64,000 bases of DNA. Source: the human T2T-CHM13v2.0 reference genome, Homo sapiens. The notes beneath the pieces were generated by a model. It was not told where the DNA came from and ran no database searches. It saw only the letters and a program-made list of their open reading frames with translations. Location of the stretch: the NCBI RefSeq assembly GCF_009914755.1, contig NC_060926.1; one strand, 5' to 3'. The position numbers were made by a program, and so were the translations under genes. Positions 1-12,944 of this stretch are shown here, in pieces (the first letter of the stretch is position 1; the number at the start of each line of letters is the position of its first letter).

Positions 1-499
1 TGTAACAGAACTTTCTCTTAAGTTTTTCTGGCAGACATTTCTAGATAAAGCTTAAATGAACTGATCAAGTCAATCAAAATTATGGTTCTTCTCCTTTCTT
101 ACAATGTCACTAGTTCCCTGCAGGAATCCCTTTAGTTTTTCTCAAACCCTTACAGCAAAATTATGAGTAGCAAACTTTAGTGTGGAGTCAGGAGCATGAA
201 TTTTAATTCTGGGACAACAGCCAAAGTATCTGAAAGAACACTTGACCCTGAGTTTATTGTAAAGAAATTTCCCTGGTGGAGGAGTCTTCCACTAATAATG
301 ATGATGACTCCTTGTGGAGGGCTGGGGGATTATACCTAAGACCTTATTGTGAAGATTGTGCTTTTCAACTCTTATTTCTGGAGCCAAACCATACTATTTT
401 TGTTTAAAATTATATTTGTCTTCCTGGTAGGAATTAACATATTACATAAATTGGGTTTTAGATATGTTTCTATTTAATGCTACATGAAAACTTTTTGGG

Positions 500-880
500 C
501 AGATGATCTATGTGATGGTCAAGATTGGACGTACACTATAGATCCCTGTTGGAGAGGTTAGGGAGAAGCCTTTGAGATCGGCGCAAAATTTCTTCCCTTT
601 CTTCAAAATAGATTATGAATTGAGAGAGTACTGCTCTGAAGAGAGATTGAAGGATTATATGTGAAAATATGACTCGGGAGTCTTGAGGATTTCTAATGTC
701 TTGATGACAGACAATAGGATACCATTGACTTTTAAGATGACAAAAGTTGTGAGCCTCTGCAAAGGAGACCGAGAAGTGTTGGAACAGAGCCTGTGGGGAG
801 GTCCTTCAGCTGGTCCTAATGCAGTGCTTAGGGAAGAACTGATGAAAAACTGACGAGATTTACAAAAAAGAAAGAAAGGA
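500..880 (-). mobile_element. Ancient L2 LINE fragment (approximate)
   Basis: Degenerate L2-like phrases (atgactc...gaggatttcta, gaacagagcctgtgggga). Highly diverged. Confidence 0.4.
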
Positions 881-2998
881 AAGAGAGACTGGGAACGGAA
901 GTAAATTCCTAGGGATATACCAGAGAAACAACTACCGGAGATGCCTGTGAGCCAGGCCAAGGGGGATTTTCTTAGAGTAGCGCCAGGCTAACAGAGAAAA
1001 CTAAGTTTTCTCTCTACTTTTCAATTAGCCTCAACTCTATCAAGAGAATACTACATCAAAAGAAGTGTCTTATGAGAAAAGAGAAGAAAATATCAGACAT
1101 CCTGCAGTGGGGCTTTGATGGAGAAATGCTCTTTCTTCCCCACTGTTGTTGATTGGTAGTGAAACAGTTTATACCCATCAACAATAAATTCAGAAACCCA
1201 GTTGGAGGACTTGGTCTTCTTGAGTAAAGCTATTCCACTTTATAATATAGAAAGCTGAAAACTGGTAGAAATAAAAAGAGACAGCAGCGTAGCAAGATTC
1301 TGCAGAAAAGGCAGAGATGCCAGGAAAGGCTCTGTAGCTGGATATGAAGCAAGAGAAAATGGACAAGGTAAAGAAGGTGAAAAAACCTTCCCTGGCTGTC
1401 TGTTGGGGAGACAATAAGAAAAATTTGATTGAAAAGTTTTAAGGCAGGAAGAGTAATCCCTCAGGTGGACATATAACTAATTGAATTTTGCCATGAGTGT
1501 AACTGATGTTTTGACCTGAAAGCAGAGGCTCCTAGATCAGAAAGGGAGAACTAATTAACCCAAGGTTAGGACTGATGGAGTCAAGTGGATGGAATAGCCC
1601 AGAAATATAAACTCCTTAATAAGGTGAGCATTGGTTACCCCGCTGTTAGTTCTCACTAAATCAAGGAAGGAGACCCAATCGGTCATTAATTTCAGTGATT
1701 CACACAGTGTTTGAACCTAAAAGTTTTTCTCAGGGTCATAGATAGTTTTTCACTTTAAATGGTTGTCTAGGCACTATGCTGAAGAGGGTAGTGCCAGAGA
1801 AGCAACGGGGCAAGATGCTGGTTTCAAGGGTATAGTCTTTGACAGTCATTTTCTATGGTGATTATCCCAGTGGTGAAATGCTGGAAGTCTTATTTTGGGA
1901 GGTTTCAGAGCTTGTACTGTAATACATGAAGAAAGAGAGAGAGAGAGAGTCTTTGTGTGATGTGTGTTTTAATTACAGGAAATACATTTATTTTTTCTAA
2001 GAGTACTGAGAGTTTCAGATAACCTCGATATAGAAACAGCTGATGTAGAACTCACTGCAAGAGTCTCTGTTTTACCCCCTGGGATCTGCCTCTGTGGGAG
2101 TTGCTCAGTGTAGTGAGCAAGCCTCACACTGTATTGATCAAAGTAACGAGGTGCTGTCATGTTAAATCCGAGCAAGTCCCAGAAAACCTACTTAGTAGGT
2201 GTTCTCCTTAGCCACTCTTAAGTTGGGTGATTAAACAATGATTCTTAAAGTAAAAAAAAATGACATATTGCCTTTGATTTAGAAGTTGGAAGAATAACAT
2301 TTATCCATTGTAGAAGCCTAGTTTAAAATCTTCATTTGTCTTTGTAGCATTATCAGGTATCCAGCAGATGTCACTATTATAGTCTGTGTTCCTTTTTTTG
2401 GCTTTACTGAGTAATGTTTATAGGAAGTTGTAATCTGTGAGGCAATGCTTTATCAATGGTCCAGTGACCGTTCCTATTCCTTTGCTGCTGTGTAGAGTAC
2501 CAAATCAAGTTACCTGCCTGAGTATTTTTGTGAAAGTACTTTTCTCTGTCTATAAGCATAAAATGCAAAATTTTCCTGGCTATATATTTCGTTGTTTCAC
2601 GTATAGAAAATGTAAGTTTTTAAATAAGTAAATACACCTTAATTTCTTTTTACCATTAATGATACATATGTATTCAACTTTCAATATAAAAATAGAGCTT
2701 AGATAATCGGAACCGTTTTTACTCACATTTCTGACACCAAATATGTGGGTTTTTCTCCCCCATACCTGCAAATTATCTGGCACCAGCTGGGTGTCCTACA
2801 ATTCACTCAATTCTGACCCTCTCCACCTGGAGTTAGCATCAGATCCCACAAGCTAAGGGCTCAGTCCCACAAGACTACTCTGACTCCAGATACCTATACT
2901 TCTGTCTCCTATACTTCTGACTGACTGGCTATAAATTGAGAGTCCCCACAATTCCCTCCTCAGGTTGGATAATTTGCTAGAATAGTTTCTAGAACTCA

Positions 2999-3354
<356 letters not shown>

Positions 3355-3840
3355 AGGATACAACTCAAGAATAGTCAAATGGAAAAAATGCATATGGCAA
3401 AGTATGTGGGAAGTAACATAGAGCTTCCATTCCCTCTGAGCACACCACTCTCCCAGCACCCATGTGTTCACCAACCTGAAAGCTCTCCGAATCTCATCAT
3501 TTAGGGGTTTTTACGGAGGTTCCATTATATTCACATGATTGGTTAATCATTGACCATTAGTGATTAACTCAATGTCTAATCCCTCTCTGCTCCCCAGAGA
3601 TTGGGTTGAGGAGGACCCAAAAGTTCGAACTCTCTAATCACATGATTGGTTCCTCTGGCAACCAGCTCTCCATCCTAAAGCTATCTAGAGGTCCACCAAG
3701 AGTCACTTGCTTAGTATAAACTCAGGTATGGTTGAAAGGGGCTTGTTGTAAATAACGAAAGACTCCTAGCATTCCTATCACTCACTTTCAAGGGTTTTAG
3801 ATGCTTTTGTGCCAGGAACTGGGAGCAAAGAACAAATATA

Positions 3841-4066
3841 ATAGTCCCTCCGTATATGTGAGGGATTAGTTCCGGGAACCCCCAATTCATATACCAAAAT
3901 CCAAGCATACTCGAGTCCTGCAGTCAGGACATGAAAAGTCAGCCCTCTGTATATGTGGGTTTCACATCTTGTGAATACTGTATTTTTGATCCGTGTTTGG
4001 TTGAAAAATATCTATGTATAGGAGGACATGTGCAGTTCCAACCTGTGTTGTTTAAAAGTCAGTTGT
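3841..4066. mobile_element. MER8 (Tigger-family non-autonomous DNA transposon)
   Basis: Matches recalled MER8 consensus. A second copy in the opposite orientation lies at about 35036-35255. Confidence 0.8.
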
Positions 4067-4067
4067 T

Positions 4068-4596
<529 letters not shown>

Positions 4597-4844
4597 TTAT
4601 ATATATTTCTTGTTATATAAAAATATAATTTAATATACAATTATCACAGATAATTTCTAGTGAGTCTTTCAAAATATTTCCTGACTTCATAACTATATAT
4701 TCCATCATTTAACTTTAAAATGTTCTAGGAGCCATGAATGAATGTCTTCCCAACTACTTCATAAAAGCGATATTCAAAAGAGGTTAAGGAAACAGCTCCT
4801 CTCTTGCTTTGAACAAAAGATCATACCTGAATTTGGGAGCTGGT

Positions 4845-5224
4845 ATTAGTTAGGGTAAAAGGCTGAAAGTGGCTTAAAGAACAAAGAAGATTAGTTATCT
4901 CTTAATAACCATTTCCAGATAAGAGGTTCAGGTTGCAGAGCAACTCCGTTTATGCAATTGTTGGTCTAAGGCATCCTCATCAGTGGCATGGTAAGGCTGT
5001 GCTGGGAGTTCCAGCCGGCAATAATGAGAAGGAAAGTGTGGAGGAGGCATGCTCATGCCGGTAAGGCCTGGGCCCAGAAGTGACCCACGTCATTCTGCTT
5101 GCTTCATTGTTAAAATGTAGTTATATGACGACCTCTAACTGCAAAGAAGTTTGGGAAATTTTGCTGTGTGTCCAGGAAAAGAGGGAGACTGGACTTTGGT
5201 AGACAACTAGTAGTTTCCACTACA
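4845..5224 (-). mobile_element. MLT1 (J/K/L-like) MaLR LTR
   Basis: cccagaagtgacccacgtcatt...ctaactgcaaagaagtttgggaa...ccactaca matches the reverse complement of the MLT1 5' end. Confidence 0.6.
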
Positions 5225-5289
5225 GGTCTAATGGTTCATTAGTTTGACTGGCAATGACCTTCATATATGGTTCTTGATGTCCTTTTCAG

Positions 5290-5416
5290 GAGGTGCACTC
5301 AGTGTACAGAATTTTGGCTGGGATTTTGAATATTGGGAACATTGAGTTCGCAGCTATTTCCTCTCAACATCAGACTGATAAAAGTGAGGTGCCCAATGCT
5401 GAAGCTTTGCAAAATG
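5290..5416 (+). CDS. MYO3B: MYO3B motor-domain exon (127 nt): [42 protein letters not shown](A)
   Basis: Acceptor ttttcag|GAG, donor ATG|gtaatt. Myosin [13 protein letters not shown] motif. Ends in phase 1, matching the next exon. Confidence 0.96.
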
Positions 5417-5503
5417 GTAATTATTTGATATTTGTGGGCTGTGTTGTTGCCAAAGCACGTGCTTCTTTAGGCTCTGTAAAATATAATGCAGCATTTGCTG
5501 GTC

Positions 5504-5790
5504 CTTTTTTTTTTTTTTTTTTAATCGAGATGGAGTCTCACTCTGTCATCCAGGCTGGAGTCCAGTGGTGCAATCTCCGCTCACTGCAACCTCTGCCTCC
5601 CAGGTTCAAGCAGTTCTTTGCCTCAGCCTCCAGAGTAGCTTGGATTACAGGCGCCTGCCACCACGCCTGGCTAATTTTTGTATTTTTAGTAGAGACGGGG
5701 TTTCACCATCTTGGCCAGGCTGGTCTTGAACTCCTGACCTCATGATCCACCCCCCCCTCGGCCTCCCAAAGTGTTGGGATTCACCCAGCC
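5504..5790 (-). mobile_element. AluS
   Basis: Poly(T) followed by reverse Alu. TSD core TGCTGGTC on both sides. Confidence 0.93.
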
Positions 5791-5928
5791 TGCTGGTCTT
5801 TCTAATGGCTCTGGATGTTTTCATGAACTAGTATTTCCCCAAGGATGTCCTGTGGAACACCAGTGTTCCTTCCATAAGCTGCAAGTATTCTGCAGAAAAG
5901 AATTCTATGGCAGGTAATTTTGAGCAGT

Positions 5929-6175
5929 GTTTTTTTCTTTTTTTTTTCGAGGCGGAGTCTTGCTCTGTCTCCCAGACTGGAGTGCAGTGGCGCTATCTCG
6001 GCTCACTGCGGGCAGTGGTTTTTAACCTTGGCTGTTTTAAAAAAATCATCTACAAACTGAAAAAGATACAGGAGGTTGGGCCCATTCTGAATCCACTAAA
6101 TCAGCATATACAGGAGAGAAAGCAGGCGCCTATTTATTTTTAAAGTTCCACGGGTAATTATGGTGGCACAAAGAG
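5929..6175. mobile_element. Short 5'-truncated antisense Alu (about 5929-6010) inserted at the end of a MER5-type hAT-Charlie relic (about 6013-6175)
   Basis: GCAGTG(G)TTTT repeated on both sides of the Alu stub. cagtggtttttaaccttggctg is a MER5-like terminus. Confidence 0.65.
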
Positions 6176-6580
6176 TGAGAATCCTCAAATATGAACAACA
6201 AACAAACAAACTGATTTAAATGAAGTAAAAACCTTTTTGTGTTAAAACTGTAGGACATTTTAGGGCCTTTAATATACGAATGTATTTTGTGACTAAGGGT
6301 AGAATACAGTCTGCACCTATTTCCCCAATTTATTTGGCAAAAGACCACCTCCTCTTCCTTTTTTTTCATCAAGCATCTATGAAGTAAGAGCTTTCAGAAC
6401 AGTTTGGGAGATACTGTGTCAGTCTGGAAGCTTCTTGGGGTTAGGGATCTAGCCTGTTTATCTTTGAGTCAAAAGTACCCAAATGGAGTCTGGCACATAG
6501 TAGATGTTGAATAAATGCTGAACAGACTGACTGAATGAAGGTCTGGCTACATTCTGTGTTATCCTTACTCTTTGTTTCAG

Positions 6581-6791
6581 CTGCCTCTGTTCTGTGCATT
6601 AGCCCTGAAGAGCTCCAGGAGGCCCTCACCTCCCACTGTGTGGTCACCCGGGGCGAGACCATCATCCGTGCCAACACTGTAGACAGGGCTGCGGACGTTC
6701 GAGACGCCATGTCCAAAGCCCTGTATGGGAGGCTCTTCAGCTGGATTGTGAATCGCATTAATACACTCCTGCAGCCAGACGAAAACATATG
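6581..6791 (+). CDS. MYO3B: MYO3B exon (211 nt): (A)[15 protein letters not shown]...[30 protein letters not shown](C)
   Basis: Acceptor tgtttcag|CT. Myosin RDAxxKxLYxxLFxWIVxRIN motif. Frame continuity with the next exon requires the non-canonical donor TG|gcaagt. Confidence 0.95.
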
Positions 6792-6887
6792 GCAAGTTCC
6801 TCGGAGAGCAGAGGGTCTCAGGAGAGCTGTCATTGACCCCGCCGTCTCTTAGAGTTTGCAAAAGGAAGCATTTGGTCCTCTCTGGGA

Positions 6888-7072
6888 TTTTCTTTCTTTT
6901 TCTTTTTTTTTTTTTTTGTGGAGTCAGAGTCTCACGCTGTTGCCCAGGCCGGAGTGCAGTGGCACGATCTCCGCTCACTGCAACCTCCAACTCCAGGGTT
7001 CAAGTGATTCAACTGCCTCCGCCTCTTGAGTAGCTGGGATTACAGGCGCGTGCCACCACGCCCGGCTAATTT
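6888..7072 (-). mobile_element. Alu right arm
   Basis: Poly(T) plus reverse right monomer ending at cccggctaatt. Confidence 0.9.
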
Positions 7073-7231
7073 AGGCATTCTCTTTTAGAAGACATAGTGA
7101 GATCCAGGACAGTTGAAGCATTTGTACCCGAGAGGCAAAGGACTGAAGGAGCCACTAAGTGTAGTATTTGAGAGAATAGTCTTGGCTGGGAGCTGGACAA
7201 ACTGGGTTCGCACCCAAACTCTACAGCTTAA

Positions 7232-7364
7232 CCCATTTATGCCTGAGGTTGCAATTTTTTGAATTTTTTCATCAGACCTTGGCGATGACCTTGAGCAGTA
7301 GGATGTGAATAACTAACTCCCATATGCTTTGTGTTCCAATAATGGAACACCAGGCATAAATGGG
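7232..7364 (-). mobile_element. MER85 (non-autonomous piggyBac/PGBD3 MITE) inserted in a MIR
   Basis: Perfect 14-bp terminal inverted repeats CCCATTTATGCCTG / CAGGCATAAATGGG. TTAA on the left (7228-7231) and TTTTAA on the right. Internal palindrome at 7331-7350. MIR sequence on both sides (about 7160-7480). Confidence 0.93.
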
Positions 7365-7947
7365 TTTTAATCAGCTGCATGTTCTAAGTCAGTTTTCTCA
7401 CCTGTAAAATGAGGATAATAATATCCCCTTCATAGTTTTGTTTTTAGAATCAAAGAGACATTTTATGAAAAAATTTAAAGCACACTATCTTACATTACTA
7501 TTCCTACTTCTTCAACTACTTTTCCTTGCTCTTTCCTAGGCGTAGTGGTTTCCCATATTGTGGAGGAATTCACCACATCAAATTCTGAAGAGTACTCTTC
7601 CAGTTATCCTTGTGGGTAGATAGGTGGGAGAATAAATAAGCAACAGCTGCAACCCCTTCAAACAAAAGGACTTTTAAAATTTTATTTTATACATGGAGTT
7701 TCTGAGTAAGATTTTAAAGGATTCTACTGCTTGAAAAAAAAAAGAAGTTGAAAATACTATTGAAAGGCCAAAAGAACAAATAGTTTGAGACATAAACTGC
7801 TTCTTTTCTTAGGGGTGGCAGGATGCTGCTTTCCATGAGTGGGTGAATTGGGTACTTGAGCTGATAAGCACTTGGGCACATATATTCTCATCCTCTTGAG
7901 GTGGGTGTTTCCTCCCCTAAAGAGTTTTGTTCTTCTCTCTCATGCAG

Positions 7948-8095
7948 TAGTGCAGGAGGTGGAATGAATGTGGGGATCTTGGATATCTTTGGATTCGAGA
8001 ATTTTCAGAGAAATTCATTTGAGCAGCTCTGCATAAACATCGCCAATGAGCAAATCCAGTACTATTTCAATCAGCATGTTTTTGCTCTTGAGCAG
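7948..8095 (+). CDS. MYO3B: MYO3B exon (148 nt): (C)[49 protein letters not shown] (switch II and relay helix)
   Basis: Pyrimidine tract plus catgcag|TAG, donor CAG|gtaata. Canonical myosin GILDIFGFE and NSFEQLCIN motifs. Confidence 0.97.
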
Positions 8096-9346
8096 GTAAT
8101 AGTGAACTCTGAGGTAACTAAACTTGATGGGGAAAAGGTGTCTCCAAGCTGCCCACAATTTGTAGCAGAAACCCTGTAGACTAACAACTAAAAGACCCTA
8201 GAGAGAAAATAGGGTAAGGCAGTCCTGGCTAAATAGTCTAAATTTGTCTGGAAAAGGTCTCGATTTCTGTGGAAAGGTACATTTCCTCACTTGAGTGGAG
8301 CTGGTGACAAGTCACTCATTTAAATTTTGTGTCAAAACTCTTTCGTGCATATTGCTCAAAATACTGTATCTCTTCTACTTTATTTAACTAAAAATATTTA
8401 TGATTGCGTTCAAAATGACACAGATGACCTTGAATTCGGGACATAGGTTCTTAACTGCTACACTAGCCCTCCCTATCCCCTATCTGCTATATACCAGATC
8501 CCACAGTCACTGGAGAGGTATCTCCAGGGAAGAGTAAGATGTGTTCTTGGTTTTCTAGAAATGGAAATCATCCCTCTATGAGTTTAATAATAAATAAGAC
8601 AGAGTAAGAAACTAGTGGACCCAAGGGATGGGGCTCTTTTCCTGTGGCAGCAGCCTATATAGCAGTCTGATCAACCCCAACCTTTACTTAAACCTTAAGA
8701 CTCTCTTCTGTATGAAGTAGTTGCAATAATGAAACATTCTGGCTAAGCCTCTTCGATGCAGGGATAATTGTTTTAATGCAGGCATGAGGACGCACAAACT
8801 CAACTTCGATGAGATAGACACAAAGACATTTAGTGAAAATACCAGCATTGCTTTTATCTCTGGAGCTGGATAAATCTGTATAGCACTCCTCTCCCATCCA
8901 CTCTTGTTTCAGTCCAGGTTCCTTCCATTTATTTCCCGGTAATCTGGAGTTTTTCTAGTTTTCCAACCCTAGATGATTCCTTTGTCGAACTCCTTGCAGA
9001 AGAGAAGTCTGTTTTCTTGGTTTAAACAATATTTCTCACCAAAATAAATTTTTTTTTTCAGCTTCACTTCCTTGTACATTAGTTTCTAAATGATAAGTTA
9101 CCAAGTCCACATTTGAGAGAGATGTTTTACTGGTTTAGCTGCTGCCATAGGCCACTTGTAAGTCAGATTTAAGTGCACAGCTTTAATGGTGTTATATGCA
9201 GAAGATTCCTTTATTATACACATAAAACATATCCTGCTTTCCACATGCATTCAATGTTGCTAGACCCAGAAAGTCCATGTCAAAGTATCCTGGTGGTCCC
9301 AAGGCTAGTTTTGGGCTGGAGAGAATCACAATCCATTTCCCTCCAG

Positions 9347-9500
9347 ATGGAATATCAGAATGAAGGCATTGATGCTGTACCCGTGGAATATGAGGACAAC
9401 CGCCCGCTCTTGGACATGTTCCTCCAGAAACCCCTGGGACTGCTTGCACTTTTGGATGAGGAAAGTCGGTTTCCCCAAGCAACTGACCAGACCCTGGTTG
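9347..9500 (+). CDS. MYO3B: MYO3B exon (154 nt): [51 protein letters not shown](D)
   Basis: Acceptor ccctccag|ATG, donor TTG|gtaggt. Myosin EYxxEGI and LLDEE motifs. Confidence 0.96.
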
Positions 9501-10644
9501 GTAGGTAACTTCTGAGAAACAGGCATATACATTTAGAACAAAACTTGGCTTGTGTCATCAATTGAGTGTACTTTAATGAATTTACCTTACATATTTTGTT
9601 TATATGGTGGTTTGTAAGAATATAGGCCTTCTTTTTCATTGAATTGAAGTGTTGTGGTAGAATTTGAATGTTAAAGCAAACCCATCGCTATTCCTAACAC
9701 CTTCCCACTTTCCTATTCTTGCCAACATGATTAGCATTACCCCCATGTTGATTTCATTTTTACACCTTCCTCTCTCTTCTTTCCTATAGGCAATGTTTGC
9801 TTCTCCTCCTTTGTGTGCCCCCATCTCATGTCTTCCCCTGTACCCCCATCCACCTCTAATCTGATTTCATGCAGAAGCCCTTTCCAGTCTCCTGACTTCC
9901 AGGCTCCTACCTGCCCCATCTACCCTGGACATCCCAGCTAGTTTAGTCTTTCTAAAGCCACCTTCTCATTAGGTTACTATTATCTACAGGATGAATATAG
10001 GGCACCTGGTCCTGACATCAAAGGCCCTCTATTCTGTACCCTATTCTTGAATCTTCAGTGTTTTTCACAACCTTTGTTCCTCACTTAGATTGCGAGGTGC
10101 TTGGGGCAATGAAGCCTCAGTCTTTATGTGCCTTTAGTGCTTAGCAGTTTCTCATACTTAGTAAGCTTTCAACCACAATAGCAAAGATCGTGTGTTAAAG
10201 GAGGAACAAAAAGTTTCAAGCCTTTTCCCCAGCTGGAAAATTGATTTGTGGCAGAGATTCACTTTTATGAGTTGAAATTATAACCCTCAGTGGTTTTCTT
10301 TTATATATAACATTGTCACAAGTTGTCCAGATGAGTTTAAACCAGGTTCTAAAACTAACTGGCAGGGCCTCTGGTGTCATCAGTGTCCATGCTAGGAGTT
10401 CTTAGAAACAGCAGGAGAATATACGATCTTAGAGCACAGCCTGACATTAAGACAATGCTACACAACTAAGCAAGGATATAATGATAAATGCCCATCATAT
10501 CGGTGATCTTTCTCCACCCTTGTTAATATCAAGGCCTTATTCTGAAAGCCCTTATTCTGAGTCATTCATGGCTTGAGGAACAAGTTTTTGTTTGAAAGAG
10601 GAAATAATTCACATTGTAACTCTCCAACATAAAAATCCACACAG

Positions 10645-10733
10645 ATAAATTTGAAGATAATCTACGATGCAAATACTTCTGGAGGCCCAAAGGAGTGGAA
10701 CTGTGCTTTGGCATTCAGCATTATGCTGGAAAG
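10645..10733 (+). CDS. MYO3B: MYO3B exon (89 nt): (D)[29 protein letters not shown]
   Basis: Not in the ORF track; read by hand. Acceptor cacacag|AT, donor AAG|gtgagg. Myosin FxIxHYAG motif. Phases fit both neighbours. Confidence 0.95.
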
Positions 10734-12019
10734 GTGAGGCCAGTGTGACAGTTATTAGACCTGAATTTGGCAAAGGGTAAGTGTCTGTATTACCCTGTCT
10801 GTGCTGCTCATGAAATTGCTTACAGATTTCTTTCCCATTTTAATTCTTCCTGAATACCTAATCATAATTCTTAAAGTTTCTCAGTGGTGCCACTCACAGA
10901 AAGTTGCCCCTGGCATAGAAGCAATTTCTCACTGGGGTGGCCCACAGTGTTGCCATCTGCTTCTCACCTGAGGTTTGGCCTAGAACTGACAGCTCTCCAG
11001 AGAGAAAACACATTACAGCTTTTTGCGGTGTTTAGCAGTAAATGTTCACATTCTAAAGTCATTTGGAGACATGTAGGTAATGCAGGAAGGTTAATATCAC
11101 AGTGGGACTCAATTTTTAGTACTTTAATCATATGTCTAAGGGCCCCAAAATGTCCAGATGAAAAGAAAAAAAAATTCACATTATTATCCAGATGTTAAGC
11201 TTTTACAACTTAACTGAAATGTCCACTTTTCATACATTATGCCTCAGTCTCAATTTCAAGTTCCTGAAGCAGATTAGTGACTGATTCAGGAAATTCCCTA
11301 TCCCATAACCACAAGTTCCTTGCTTATGTTACTCCCAAAGGAGCCATTTGAATTATGGCTGATTGGTTCCTCTGGGCTCTGCTGAGGCTGTAGGTCCAGA
11401 AAATTGGTAGGAGTTCAATAAAAGACATTTTTGATTATTTTATTAATTTCAGATGTATTGAAATTGTCATTCATATTCACATCATGGCATTGGAACTGAT
11501 TTTCCTAACTGGATGTTGGGAAATTCTAGTACAAGGGAAGGGGATTATTTTTCTCTCCACATAGTACTTTATGGTATCTATTTTGGATCTTTGTTAGACA
11601 TTGCAATTCAGTTTTTGCCCTTAAATATTTTATTTACCTTAGCATATTAAGGTCCTCCTCAGAGTCTGAAATACCAGCATCTACCCTGATTCCCCTCCCC
11701 ATTCCTCTTTTCTGCCTCCCATTCCTGTCCTCCTCTTCTCACCTCTCTGTCCTTTTATAACTATGTCCTACCCACCCGTCTTCTTGACTCTTACTATTTT
11801 CCTTTCTTGATTTTAGGGGAAAAACTTTTTTTATTTTTATTTTTTCTGGACTCTGTGTCCTTTGCTGCATCCATTTGCCATTCAAAGCTTATTTGTAGAG
11901 AAGGAATTCTCTGAGGGTGTTCCTTAAAATTTATCTGAACTGGATCCCCTCTGTTCTGAGAACCAAGAACTACTCAGCATCCTTGAGTGATCACTCAGAT
12001 CTCATGAGGACCTAGGGAG

Positions 12020-12200
12020 GCAGTGAGAGTACTTAAAGTGGTTGTGAGCATAGAGTCAAACTGCCTGAGTTTTGATACCTACCTACCACTTGTGAAATGT
12101 GTGACCGTGGGCACATTACTCAGCCTCTTCCTAAGTCTCTGCCTGCCTACCAGTAAAATGGAGATAATAATAGTGTTTACCTCCTAGGATGGATGCTTTG
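12020..12200 (+). mobile_element. MIR
   Basis: tgtgtgaccgtgggcacattactcagcctc...gtaaaatggagataataatag core. Confidence 0.75.
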
Positions 12201-12279
12201 CACATGGTATCTAATATATTTTAATAATTATTCTGATGTGATTTATCTTTGATAGTAGTCTTCAAAAAGCAACTAGACA

Positions 12280-12697
<418 letters not shown>

Positions 12698-12814
12698 CTA
12701 TGTAAAGATGAGTTCTATATAGAGGTTGATTAACAACTGGTTAGGCAAGTTGCCAGTGTCACCAATGACGGACAGTTGACTTGGCTAATTTGCCGTTTGC
12801 TATTCATGTTACAG

Positions 12815-12944
12815 GTATTATATGATGCTTCTGGGGTTCTTGAGAAAAATAGAGACACTCTCCCTGCCGATGTGGTTGTGGTCCTGAGAACGTCAGAAAA
12901 CAAGCTTCTTCAGCAGCTCTTCTCAATCCCTCTGACCAAAACAG
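12815..12944 (+). CDS. MYO3B: MYO3B exon (130 nt): [43 protein letters not shown](G)
   Basis: Acceptor ttacag|GTA, donor CAG|gtactt. Myosin VxY...LEKNRD motif. Confidence 0.96.

Noticed and set aside
880-1720. Possible ancient LTR (also about 40090-40700)
   Set aside because: The purine-rich texture is suggestive, but I could not identify termini, TSD or family with confidence.
5293-5745. 150-aa ORF as a stand-alone gene
   Set aside because: It is a MYO3B exon reading through its donor into intron and an antisense Alu. The same applies to ORFs 6535-6852, 7901-8179, 9173-9508 and 12776-13060.
9501-10644. U12-type intron to explain the weak acceptor
   Set aside because: The donor is GTAGGT rather than GTATCCTT, and there is no TTCCTTAAC branch site near the acceptor.
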